64,000 nt of DNA from Trichoplax adhaerens (lineage: Eukaryota > Animalia > Placozoa), in the NCBI RefSeq assembly GCF_000150275.1, contig NW_002060962.1, positions 861,205 through 925,204 of the forward strand, read 5' to 3'. The notes beneath the pieces are model-generated. The model made no database searches. It saw only the letters and a program-made list of their open reading frames with translations, and was not told the DNA's origin. Shown piece after piece: positions 14,004 through 27,532 of this stretch (position 1 is its first letter; every line of letters begins with the position of its first letter). Made by a program: the position numbers and the translations under genes.

Positions 14004-15662
14004 TTGTAACGCAGTATCACGTTGTAATCGAAAGCAAGCAGACTATCTATTTAGTATAGCTATAATATTCCGCTATAGTTTGATTGACAGTATTAACTTG
14101 ATTAATAACCATATAGCATGATGATGTGAAGAAAAATAAAATACTTGAACCAAACTGAAAAGTGGTAAATTAATTTTGTTGTTTGGATTTGCCTTTTGCA
14201 AGAAACTTGCTGCTAGAAATAACGTTTAGTCATTTTATCAATATTAAATTTTAATTTAAGATATCGACATTTTGATGAAGTTAGTGAAGTTCGTTATTTC
14301 TATAAAATTGTACGAGAAATTAATATTCATTCATTAGTTTGGGCTATAATACTATAGTTGTTCATCAAAAATGCCCCAAAATTTAATTTTGCTACAATAA
14401 AAATGCATTGATGAAATAGCATCGAGGTAAGATTTTGGATTTATAATAATGTGTGCTGCTATTGATTTATTAAGTACTATTATGATTGATCATAAGTTAT
14501 GCAAAGGTAAATTGAGAACCCTCAAAGAAAACATTGTGAGATATGTTTGCACTACAGGAAAGAGCGAGGAACTTCGCTATATAAACCTGCGATGAATATA
14601 AGCTGAGCACGCATTCGATGTTACTTATCAATTCCTGTATAATGAAAGTTAATTTTTAGAATTTTTAGAATTTTCTTTGATAAATTTCTGATTATAGAAG
14701 TGGTAGCATATATGAAGCAACAGGAAGTAGTAATAAACATGATAGCATAAAAATTCGAGGTTTTAACTAGTTTAGTTTACTGATTAAAATAAAGTTTATC
14801 TAGTAAATGAGTATACCGTATGATTAATTAATAACCTGACTACTTTATCTGCATCCGCATTTATCATTCTTTATATAGTCGTAATTTTTGTTAAGTATTG
14901 TTCTTACGAGAAGAGGGTTACCGAGGAGTACGTAGAAGACTAATTTTATTGTTAAAGATAAAAGGGGGTACAGTGTCTTATATTTTCCTTGTTCACAAGC
15001 TGGCGATACAAGTCACAAGCTTATAGAAACTAAAAGGAGCCTTTCTATTGCGCGATAAAGTAAAAACGCCTTATTAATCTTCTCTCATCAGAATAATTTA
15101 TATTATGAAATAAATCAAGATAAGAATATTTACATCTAGCTAACTTTAATCTCTTAATGAGCAAATCTGCATCTGTTATTACAACTTCTGTAATTCGTAT
15201 TTCATAGCAAATCATAATTCGTTATCCACTTTGCACCAGTTAACACTAATTAAGATTATATGAAAGAAAATATGCTATTCATAGTAATACTGTTACATGC
15301 AAAAATGATATTAAATAAAATGTGATTTAACCGATAAACGTATTTAGATAATGCTTTGAATATGATGAGTTTTCATTAAAATGATTTTCGTAAGATAATT
15401 TTGTTGATGAACTACGGTAAAAGTTACTTTACCCTTCCATAAAGTTTAATTGCTAACGCGGTTACTTATCTGTGTTCTAGATGAAGATTTTTTGTCTGTC
15501 TTAGTCTTTTCTTTGAACACTATATGCTATTTTGATAATTATAGGCAAACTCTAAAATGAATGCTCTCTTAAAAATACATCTAAAGCTTACAATTGGCAG
15601 TAAATTGAAATAAAGAGACATTTTCTCTAAATTGCGTTGCTTTTAAAGTACGATTGCTATAG

Positions 15663-16236
15663 CGTCACGGTATGAACCACCGTGAAGAGTAAATGACTAA
15701 ATTTAGTGTTTTACATTTATATATGGAGATAACTAACAATGACTTACGGTAAGAACTACGATAGTTATTATTTTGTTACTGTAAATTATGCTTTATTGTA
15801 GTAAGAATTCTCATAAGGTAACTAATATCAATTGATTATATAGTGTTATGACTTTGAACGCTTGTGATGAATATCGTGAAGATATCCAATTATAGATGAT
15901 ACTATAAATAATTCTGTTAGTGGACAGACATACTGTTGTCTAATTATATAGAATCGTTCAGTGCATGTCCAAAATTATGAATAATGTCTGTATTAATTTA
16001 GCTGTCCAATATGAGCTAAATTTCATGAACTGTTACGACTCATACGTGATAGCTGCTGCCGAAGGGTATTTAAGCTCGGCAGGTAGTTGAATAAAAGAAG
16101 AGTTATATAGTTGTTTTAACAGAAGCAAAGGCGTCTAAATTCTTGTGAGGTAGTTAAGGGATACTAAATCCCGGAGACTATATTTAGAAATTTATTTACG
16201 TTATCTTTATCTTTGTTACGAAGCTGGTTTGTGACA
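15663..16236 (+). mobile_element. Solo LTR (574 bp), same family as 16347-16788
   Basis: Termini (C)GTCACGGTA...GTTTGTGACA. TSD TATAG/TACAG (1 mismatch). TATTTAA at ~16067 and AATAAA at ~16090. Reverse-complement match to the neighbouring element. Confidence 0.75.
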
Positions 16237-16346
16237 TACAGTTTCCTAGTAAAGATTTTAAGAATTCTGTTCCAGTAATTCTCATCCGAGATATGCATAT
16301 ATTTAATCATAAATTTTTAAATTGCAGTCATTACATCATATCCTAG

Positions 16347-16788
16347 TGTCACAAACTAGCTTCGTGACAGGGATAACGTAAAACAAATCTCTAAATTACT
16401 ATAGTCTCCGGGATTCAGTATCCCTTAGCAACCTCATAAGAATTTAGACGCCTTTGCTTCTACGTTAAACTCAACTAGACAATTGAGAACTATTTTATTC
16501 AACTATCTGACGGGTTTATATACCCTTGTACAGCAGCTAACAATCATAAGTCATCTTATAAAAATACTTAGTTGAGAACATCTAGTAACTAATTTTTCAC
16601 AGTCGGACTACAATATGTCCATTCACAGAATCATTTCAGTGCACATTACAGCACAGCATTAAATTTACTGTAACATATTTATAATTAGAGTAATTCCTAT
16701 TGTCAGTAACTAGTTGTAATATATTATCGCTATATTATATTAACCAAATTTAGATAGCTATTTCTTCACGGTAGTTCGTACCGTGACA
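16347..16788 (-). mobile_element. Solo LTR (442 bp), inverted relative to 15663-16236
   Basis: Plus-strand termini TGTCACAAAC...TACCGTGACA. Perfect TSD CCTAG (16342-16346, 16789-16793). Confidence 0.85.
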
Positions 16789-19700
16789 CCTAGAATAAAA
16801 TGTATCTTGCAATGTCATACGATATCACTTGTGTAGTTAGAGTTACGTTATTTATTATTTACTATAACTGGAATTAAATTGTAGCAAAGGCACCATATTT
16901 TAGAATCAATATTGATTGAATGTGTTTTTATATAAATTTTTTGTCAATCCTGTGGATTTAATACCTAAAATCTTGGTCGCTCGAATACGAAAGATTTTGC
17001 ATCGAACATAGCAGTTTTACTTTACCTTTTGGCATTGATTGCAACGGTTTGATAATTAAGAATTATTATTGCAATACAGGCGTAAAAGTTTAAAAATAAT
17101 CGCTTTTCTTAGGTAAACTAATTTTAGATAGAGATAAATCGTTGCATATAAAAATGGCTCTACTTGTCAATTTCTACAATGGATTTCAGTAAATGAACTA
17201 GATATTGATTAACTATAGTTCATCAGTCATAGACAATTATTCTGGTCATAGTGTAATTTAATCTGTTATTTATTTCCCATTTCAATAATATCAAAGACTT
17301 ATGGTATGTAATTTAACCAAACTATGATCGATAATAGAATCGAAAATTATGTATATCAAATGATTAATAATTACCTCCGCATTTTGACATCGTATGGTCT
17401 TAAATTCCAAGATGTAATCTAAATGACTGACTCCTTAAAACGTATTTCTTGCTGTTGGGAATGTTCTAATTCTAGTTCAGGACTTTAACTATGCTAAGTT
17501 TTTGAGTGAAAACAACCATATCTTAGGGTATTCCGATTGATGAATCTTAAAAAAATCGGTCTAAGATCACATTTTTTTAATTCTAACATTTCAATCTAAA
17601 ATATATTACTTGCCTAGTAATTGCCTCTATAAAATAATGACTTATAAACATCGATTTTTTGATAGTCTCGGTAGCCGTTAGGTTACTGCAAACTGAATAA
17701 ACCATAGTCTTCTAGATTACTTTGGTCTCTTTAAAACTCTAAGGTAGTACCTATAATTTTAGACGAAAAGTTACTTATTTAAATCTTTAAAGCCACTATT
17801 TGGCAATTGATCAATGACAAAAATTTACTTAAGTATTACAGTTTGAAAATTGCAATATCCCATCTTGAAGTTGATTTCTGTTCTATAGCCATAGGCAAAA
17901 TCTGAAGCGTTATACTTGTGAAAATTGTAGTTGTTTGGGTTCCGGATTATGTTATGGTCTGCTAAGTATTATCTCTATTTCTAAAGTATTCCTAGCATAC
18001 ATGTTAAAAACAAGAACTATCTAGATATGTTAGAAGAATATTACGTCATATGGCGTAGCGGCTAATTACTGAAGCACTTTAAATATTACTGTTAAATACA
18101 GTGCAACGGGCGGCATTAATGCTAGCTTTAGTAGTGGCATAATTCAATCCTAATTCTAAGTCAGGAAAGAGTCAAAATTTAAGATATAGAACGATTTTTA
18201 AAACAATGACAGTAATTTGCACTTTTGCGGCGTCATGTTCGTAGTTATTACAGTAATTATAGTTTAAATTAAGAACAGGTTCCGTATTTATTTATTTTCG
18301 CTAGTTTATCTATCGCATCGAAATAGAGCTATGACTATTTGAATAGGGTTACTTATTCGTGCTATAAAAAGATTTGATGAGATAAAACTTTGATATTTAC
18401 GAACAGAATCATCAAATTATAACCTTTTTTGATGTGATGAGTGTTCATGAAGTATTATCTAAAGTAATTAAGAGGTATTATATCTAAAAAGGAGAAAGCT
18501 AACCTAGAGCAAATTCTTGAATTATTATACCATGTTTTGGCGATGGCATAGCTTTCACAGCGGACGGAAGTTAATAATGTCAGAATATTTATTGTCTTGA
18601 GCAAAATCTAGGATAATTTATTTTGATATAAACAAATTAACGATCGCATAATTGTAAATTACCGTAATGTTTGCATAAAATTTCCATTAAGAAAAAAGAA
18701 TTTTCAGGAAATAAAAATATCGTATTAAAAATAGAAGAAGCCTAGCTTATTACATTTCTACTACTCAGGAACATCAACATGAATAATTCGATCTTAGATT
18801 TTATCAAAGTTGAAGGATTACACACTGTACTTCATTTAATTACGATATCTATTAATTATGCTGACACCGATATAAATTTGAATATAACATAAAAGATGAA
18901 TTAGAGTAGATATTAGGATATAGATAAAGTTACCAGAATGTTGTAAACAGTCTCGTTCACATTCCTGGGCAATTCTGACGAAAAATTTGTTGCAAATCGA
19001 GACTTTAAACAAGGAAAAATTAAATTATTACTTGAAAATCAATGTTTAGAGCCACTGCCAGGTCTATCTTTTTAAGATCTACCTATGGTACAAGTCTAAA
19101 TATTGACGATTTCTCTTCAGAATGTTGCCGTAAAGCGTTAGAATCTCTAAGACAAAAACTGAACCCAAACTTTATTAAAATGTCAGCCATTTTATAGTAG
19201 GGGTTACAATAATATTAGTTACCATTAGATAGATAATATCATACAACTATTCCCTTATCTATAAAGTAAAACTATGTATAACACCGTTCTATAGATAGCG
19301 ATATTACAACAAATACTAACCTATTTTATGTAATGAAAATAAGATAAGTATTTGTGCAACAAAGATTCACTTTGTAACAACAATTTAATTGAATCATCTG
19401 GTATTCGGTAAACAAAATCTGTACTGCTATGTTTTAAATTTCAATTATAGGCGTAAAAATAGGTCGCAAACTTTCGGTTAAATATTCTATTAACAAACAG
19501 GCTTTGTGGTGAACCGTACATTCGAATCGATTTTTCGATTCAATCTTCTAATCCGACATACTATTTCTGTCTAGCGATAAAGAAGTCTCTAAGGCTATTG
19601 ATCATGTTATTCTTGCTTAAGTACCTCATGACAACAAAATTAGACGATGGAAAGAGAGATTATAATGGTTGTGATTCTAATCAGAGATTTATAAATAGCT

Positions 19701-22187
19701 ATTTTGTGATTGATATGGAAATAACTAGAGTCTACCTGGTGAAGTACATTCGTTAACGTATGGATTGCAGAGTTATACTCCATTATAAGACATTCATTGG
19801 AATGAATAATCATTTATAGGTTTATGTTAATAGAGTTAAGATAGCAACCACAATAGCTTCGAACTTAGACCCTCTTTCAAGTCAGATTTTCCAACGTACG
19901 CTTATCGATACCAAACCTGAAGCGAACTCCGAATTACTAAATGTGCTATAAACTACAATTTTTTACATGTGATTAAAAATTTTTTATTCGCACAGACAAC
20001 TAAATTTAATATCCAAGAGTAAAATTTTCTGTTACAAGATATGCTTCTATCTAAGCATTACCTTTAATATTAACAGCTAACTTAACTAAAGCGAAAACGC
20101 ATCATGAAATGATTTAAGAAGAATTATATTACTGTATCATGTTATAATTACGGTAATGCAATATCTATCAGTATAATCCAATATCAAAGTTATCAACAAA
20201 TAACTTCGAAGTAATATACCTGCTCTATTCTCGGCTGGTCAGTTAATCAGATCGCTAACTGCCTTCTTGCAATTGCAGCAACATACTAAATCGAAATTTG
20301 TTTATTAGTAGTCACCATACAAATGGTGCAACTAAGGTTCAGGCTATCTCCGATATCGATAGATGTGTAAAATATCACCTATCTATAGAAGATCTCAGAA
20401 GAAATTACATAATCACAATACTCATTAGTCTATGGCTATCGCCTTAATGGCGAATAATTGTTATGGTATCTACAGAAGTATTTAAATAAAATGTTATACC
20501 CGATTCTAATGGGATTCGCTCTAAAATATTTTCCATGTCATCGTAGTCATTTTATTAATGTGTCGTCAAAGACTAATAATGTTATGATTTTGATTCATGA
20601 AACAATTTGAAATTAACTCGATACTTGACAATAATAAAGTTTCAATGTTATGGCTAATCATAATCCACTTTTGACGTCATTGAATGACTCTATTGACTTA
20701 CCGGCATCGTAATCACATCTGGCAATAAATTTAAATTTTTTTACAAGAATATTTTTCTTCATCAAATTGATTAGACTTAGCAACTATCGATACCATTTGT
20801 GTAAAATTCTCAACTAAATGACTTTAAAAATTCATCAGCTTCGCTATCTTCCCCTGATACGATTTAAAATTAAGACCGTATAAAGCATGAGTATGGATCT
20901 TCTAATTATCAGCTTTTCCAATTTTTTAATAAGATGAAGTTAATTTTTCCAGTTAAGATGTTTTCATATTCCTTGATAGATAAATGTTTATAAACATGGT
21001 TACTAATAAAAGGATGAAAAAACTATTTATTGGTTAAATTACTTTTTCATCAAATTTATTATAGTCAAATTCTGTTTAATTTTATAGCAAGGTTTTTGTT
21101 ACTGTCATAAACTGGAATTAATTCTATTTAAATTATTTTGTTATATTGTAATAGTTTAATTAATGTAATTGAAAGCTAAATCACGATTACGCGATGGATG
21201 CGGACTATAAATATTTTCAATACAGGTAATGTCTCTTTAGCCAGACTGGTAAAATAGAGCGTACGTGATTAAGTAATAAATTTAAAAAAGGAAAAAATAA
21301 AATAGGACCGACTTCATTCATGTCTATAGTTTCAATGTATCAATTTCACCGGTAGAAAGTTTATATTGATATATCTATGAGCATTAATGCTATCTTCTTT
21401 GTCAATACCGTTTTATGCGGCTGAACGGGTCTATTGATTTCTTCCAATGGCTCAGTATATAATCTAGGCTTCTAAACTTCACTTCGTATTCGGCTATAAG
21501 CCAAAATTTTTGATTTACAAATAATGACGTCTTTAATATGTTTTAATAAGATAGCAACGATAATAAATAGAAAATGATCATTTAATGACCACTTTAATTT
21601 TGATTTTCAATCAAAAAGGTCAATTAAATTGAGCAATTAGAATGTAAGCAATTTCTTGAGATTTCCTCCTATTTTCAGAAATTATTAGGTTTGGCTCTAA
21701 GTAAAAGTGATCTCTAGAAGATAGAGAGGTTCTAACTTGGAAAAATTTTATTTATACTTCGTTTTTAGCAGATAAATTGATTATTTCTACTAGAAACAAG
21801 CTGATTAGTAAGATCGAATAATGATAACAGAAAGAGTTTTTTTATGGCTTTTGATGACAGTAAAAGAGAAGTTAATAGAAGAACATAAATAAATATATTG
21901 TATTATTTCAACATGAAACAGGATGGGTTGATTGTAACCTAGAGCACACATTTCATCAACTATGTCAATAAGGCCGGTGCCCACTTGCACCTGTTCATCA
22001 TAACATCAATTAGTATTTGATTGATTCGAATCGTATATTTTTAGCTACAATATAATTCGATTTCGATTATGGGCTAGAAAACCCAATTATGGTGGTTGAA
22101 TTTCTATTAAATACATTGTAAAGCTGACATGTTACTAAAATAAGATAATGAAAAGTTTTAATGAAATCAAAATACCCTGGCCATAAG

Positions 22188-22257
22188 TATATAAGGCACT
22201 CCATAGTCCATTGCTGGCTCAATTTTGGCTTAAGCGACAGACTAGGCGTAGCGTTAC
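22188..22257 (+). promoter_or_regulatory. TATA box, Inr-like site and candidate 5' non-coding exon of peptide gene 2
   Basis: TATATAA at 22188, TCAATT ~31 bp downstream, donor AC|GTAAGT at 22258, and AG acceptors at ~22442-22452 upstream of the ATG at 22489. Confidence 0.45.
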
Positions 22258-22488
22258 GTAAGTTGAAATTTAAAAAATACAATATTATTGGCAATAGGTC
22301 TTGTTCTAAACTACCCACTACATTACATAAAAATAATTATTCTTGCTGCATAACTATATTGATAATGTATAAATGGAAATAAATAGCTTTTAAAGGTTGA
22401 TAATCATTTTCTGAGCGATATTTTTTCGTTATACTTGATTAGAATTTAGTAGAGAGGTTGAGTTACATACAACGATATCAGAAATAAA

Positions 22489-24378
22489 ATGGTTCATTAT
22501 ACTTCAGTGGTGATTTTGCTCACATTGGCTGTCTTATGTGCTGCAAAACCAAAGGCATCTACAAAATGTCTTCTTGAAAACTTTTACATTGGTGAAACCG
22601 TCGAAACAACACCTATCGTATGCCATGACGATAGAACTATAGTGGCGCGCTATTTCCACCTCTGTAACATTAAATTCCACTTCATTGATTGTCCGGTCAG
22701 CCAAAAATGCTTAAGAAAACACGGTATCACAACTCGATTAGATGAAGAATTGAAAAATAATGGTAAGCTTGTAACAGAATAAAACTAAGTGGCTTTCAAG
22801 CACTAACAGAACCAAAGAGTCATTAATTTAATTCATTTTCCTTTGGTAAATTATCAGCTTGACTTTCAGTTCGAGGCTATCTATTGAATATCTAATTTTA
22901 TCATGCCTTCGACTTCCTATTTACAAGATTTCTTTTATTCATTTCTGTATGTTTTGCAACGTAAGAGAAGTATATGAGTATTGTACATCTTTCTATTTAT
23001 TATTTAACAAGCGCACATTACTGTATAATCACTTATGATCAATAGCTTCCGTTCTCAATTAAATATGGATAGATATTGGTAGACATTTTGATTACAATGA
23101 TCATACTAAAATTCGATTGCAAGTACGTTTGACACAAAAAGTGAAGATCTTAAGATGCTACGCTACTTTTATATTCGTTGACAATCAAAAAGGTGGATAC
23201 TTGCATTTTGTAGTCTTATTGATTAATAGAATTTGAAGGCTTGTATCATTTTTATGATTGGATAGCAAATGTAAATTTTAGAATTATTGAAGACGTTTCA
23301 TTATTATAAAGCGAATCAATTTTTTTACGCTATATCGCTCTGATTATCGATATACTCAGTAATAATGTATGACTGGATGTGCGAAAGCTTACTAGTATAG
23401 TATTATTTATGTAATAGTGATTGTCATATTTATTTAGCATGAATTGAAAACTTGATGGATATAGTAAATTAGCTCGATTTAAATCAGCTTTTTAAGTAAT
23501 ATAATATCGATATTATAAGGAATATTTTTGTTATATTTTCCGTTGGATTGTGTAACCATAGTTTAATGTATCATATGACGTTATAATTATTGAAAATTTT
23601 TCCACGATTGGGCTTATTTAACAGCAACTAGATTTCAGTTAATTAGTAATCAGTCGCTTTACATTATAGGGTTAGTTTTTCATTTTAAATTACCAATAGC
23701 GGAATAGATATCAGGATTTATAATATATTTCTTACTTGAAATTTGGGATTTAGAAAATTGTTAGGTTTTGATTGGTAGGTATGAGATTGCTTTTAGACCC
23801 AACTACTATAACGTAGCAGTATTATAATTGTATATACTTTACGGTAAGGTTCAGATATTTCTAAAGCATAGTATTTAATGATAATTTTTCCTGTGCTACG
23901 GTATCGAAGTTTTAACAATAGAAATCTGACAAAATTACCTTCGTTCTACATTTTATGTTATATAATATGCGGCTGTGGTCTCTTCAAGTATTGTTCAGAA
24001 AGGAGTTAAAGATTAAAAATATATTCTACTTGATAATTTTATGAAGATACGTTGTTATCTTTTATTCAAATATTCAAGGCTATGCGCTAATCCTAAATCA
24101 TTACTATATTTTGCAATTTATATCATGCAGAGAATATTCAAGATCGGGATGAAGCGCTCACTTTCCTAGATACCTATGACAAGCGTGATTCTGCTAAGAC
24201 AGAATTTAACAAACTGAAGGGAAAGTGCTGTAAGAGTAAGAAAAGCAAAAGCACATGTACTGATGATGATGTCAAAAAGACTTGTCCTGGTGGTACAAAA
24301 TATTCTGCAAAAGCATTCCAACACATTACTAAAGTGGCATGTGAAATGACAATAGAAGAAGCTATTAATGAAGGCTAA
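22489..24378 (+). CDS. Secreted insulin-like prepropeptide 2, 173 aa, 2 coding exons
   Basis: Exon 22489-22762 (G|GTAAGC, phase 1) and exon 24131-24378 (TGCAG|, absent from the ORF track). Exon 2 reads ENIQDRDEALTFLDTYDKR-DSAKTEFNKLKGKCCKSKKSKSTCTDDDVKKTCPGGTKYSAKAFQHITKVACEMTIEEAINEG*. Signal peptide, B-like C-x13-C-x8-CP, RK and KR dibasic sites. Confidence 0.8.
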
Positions 24379-25406
24379 TTGTAGATGAACAACTTGCAGC
24401 CAGTTATTCATTTCAATAAAGCGAGCAGTGCTATCCGTTATTTCACCCTTTGCGAAAATGTAGTCACATATAAAATGCAAAAAAAGCCAACATAATAAAA
24501 TTCCATAACTTTAAGATATCGTTGTCTGTTATTGAGTAAAATTATGCGCAATTGGATTTTTTATAATAATTTCATCCAAGGGTAAGAAGAATTTTAATTT
24601 ATACAATCGTCACATAATCTTATCAGTGCATGCTTTTATAAATTTGTCTATACCTTCTGCAAAGGATAGTTTACAGCTCATCTTAAGAGATAAACAGAAA
24701 ATTCGACAAAAATATGATGACACAGGTACAGCTATCGTGTAATTCTAGCGTATACTATACAAATTTACTTAGTATTTAGCTTAAGATTGGATTATATGTT
24801 GTAAATGATCTAGGTACTGAGTTATACTTCCGCCTGAATAAATCTCCATTAATAGAATTTTTTCTGTAATTTCCAAGCACATACAAGTAGAATAGAATAT
24901 CAGCCTCTAGTCTATAGAAACTAAATATAACTACGAGAAGCGAGATTTAGCAAAATTGATTAATGAGCAGTACATAATTCTATGAGTATAATTTCTTATT
25001 TAGATATAAATTTGTTATGACTCAGTCTGAATTTTATGAAAGCGTGCTCAACTTTCGCTGAGTGTACAACAAATAAGGTTTAGTCCTTTTCTGAAGGTGG
25101 ACGAATTGATTTAATTTTTTGCTTGTTTGAGAAAGAAAAATAGTTCTTCCTTCTTTTTGAAGGAATAAAATGCACCTCTCTCTATATATAATTTACCATT
25201 GGTGTGAACACGTGTATCTTATCTAACATTATGATAACATTCTTGAGGTGCTTTTTTACAGCATAAAGCAGTTGACTAATAAACATATTTGTACCACACA
25301 AAGGCAATTTAACAAGACCGATACGGCGATACGAAATAGCAGTAACAAACTATACAGGGCGATTTAATTTCTCGTCTAAATATCATATTATTGTAGTACA
25401 CATCGG

Positions 25407-25993
25407 TGTCACAACCCTCACTTGTGGCAAAGGAAAGTAAAGAACTCTAGTGTAGTTACTTAAAACTTGGGCTATTTCTCCCAGAACTTTCAGTTTCTAT
25501 GAGAGAAGTATTTGAGAACTCGATTTCTCGGCTGATCTCCACAGACGACTGACTAATTATTACACTATTCTTCACGATATGAGTCTTGCCGTTTCTTGAG
25601 CAATTACTTTCTTTATTCTACAAACACACGCGCTTAAATAGGTTTCTACAGTGAATTCCAATATTAACGAGTGAGAATTCATGCTTTACAAGTTACATTA
25701 ATTAGTATAATACCATTACTAAATATACATGTCGATATCCTCAGACTTAGATAGCTACAAGCTATCAGGTGTTAAGACGCTTAACCTTCGTCCATATACA
25801 GCTCAATTTTTAGAGATTAACACAACTTATAAACCTACAGTAAATTAACTGCTAACAACTTCTATTTTTATCTCATTTCTACATCCTATTATCAGCTACA
25901 AGCGCATTAAAACATAGCACATAACCTTATCTTATCTATTCATAAGCATTCATTAATTTACAGTTACTTAATTAGTAACGGCGTACCGTGACA
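25407..25993 (-). mobile_element. Solo LTR (587 bp)
   Basis: Plus-strand termini TGTCACAACC...TACCGTGACA, the same as the 16.3-kb element. Perfect TSD ATCGG (25402-25406, 25994-25998). Confidence 0.85.
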
Positions 25994-27532
25994 ATCGGCT
26001 TCGTGGAAAAACCTTTCTCTTGCGGCATTCTAAGGAGTAATAAACTAGCAGACATCCACAATTACTGGAATAAATTAAATAATTCAGTAATAAGATAGAA
26101 ATTCTCCAAGTATAAATTAACTATTGTTAGCATCGCTATGGAAATATGTATTCTTCCTATATTGATGCACTATATTACTAGATTTTTACTTGTAAGCCGG
26201 TTATATGGCTAGTTTAGTTGATTATGCTGTACATTATGGTACCATAATTTCATAATATTGGTGAACACCAATCGCCAATATAGTTTAATTTATCTGTAGG
26301 TACTCCAGAAATGCAAAACCAACTATAGTATCACCTGCATGTAACGATTTGCATGTCAAGTACATAAATTCTACTTTGTTAATAAGCTTGTAGTTGGAAA
26401 TAAAATCTAATGCAATCATCCTACCGGTTGGAAGAAAGGTATTACTTATTGGATTTTAAGCCCTTTAGCATCATCAATACTAAAATTAGTTTATCTACAT
26501 TACCGTACAGCAGTAAATTGTTTTATTATACATACATACTTCTAATTTTTATCGAGTAAACATTAAGTACATTCCTTAAATATTGAAAATAATCAAATTT
26601 TTTTGATCGTCATTTAAGACAAAGCGTACAAAGTACAAAGACATTTCAAGTTTTATTTGCTAGGTAAAACAATTGAGACTTTGAAAACTTCAGCAGAATT
26701 ACTGTTACTATTTACATGACATTTTTTAGGGTGGGACACTGTATTATTTAACGGTTCTACTTAATTTAATGGCATTAACTGATACATCCGGCCATAAAAT
26801 TGCATGACTTCATAGTTAATGTTAGTATTACATCTTTATTTATTGCACTACTATCACCTTAAAAGACGAATAGGGCGTATTGCAAGCGTAATGTGATCAT
26901 AACATTTGCTGTTATACAGTAAATTCTCAGAGTTTGTTGTTTGGTCTACTGGCATCCTTTTGCATGCTAGTTGGTTTTCCATGATCGCACTAACTCTGTT
27001 GAATTATCCTTAAATTATCAATGATTTAATCATAGATTGATCATCAAAAATTGATCATTGATACCTTTTGGCTTAATAGAGATACAAGCCTTCAACGTAA
27101 ATGAGCCAAATTTGATCGACATGCTTAAATAGAAGCACATGATATAGTGGTAAAGTCATATATCCAAATTTAGAACTCCTTACTTTTCGAGTAAGTCTCT
27201 ACTTTCAGCGAAATAGGACAATGTGATGTTAACTGTTGAATTTACGAGCACGTGATAGACAATTATATATATTATAGACTTGGGCTGGAAGGACTATGAT
27301 GATTTGAAGCAATTGCTAGGGCCAACACCATAGCTAGATACCTGAATATACTTATTTATTGTTAGCAACAATCACAGACTGCATAGAGCGGACGGTATAG
27401 GAGCTAGAATTATACGTTTTAGTTGATTTAGGCGCTCGTCGATAATATTTCTTGGTTGGGAAAGCTAACTTAATTTCCAACTGATTTTATAACTTTCAAC
27501 TACTAAACTGATAGGAGCTATGTTATAGCGCT

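Noticed and set aside
13735-14121. ORFs 13735-13947(-) and 13936-14121(+)
   Set aside because: They overlap the real exon 2 of peptide gene 1 in other frames and have no recognisable features.
15663-16793. Single foldback/DIRS-like element with inverted LTRs, or a Helitron 3' end (hairpin + CTAG)
   Set aside because: Each arm has its own 5-bp TSD, and the CTAG is part of the CCTAG duplication, so two separate insertions fit better.
24166-24480. 104-aa minus-strand ORF
   Set aside because: Antisense shadow of exon 2 of peptide gene 2; the plus frame carries the conserved Cys pattern.
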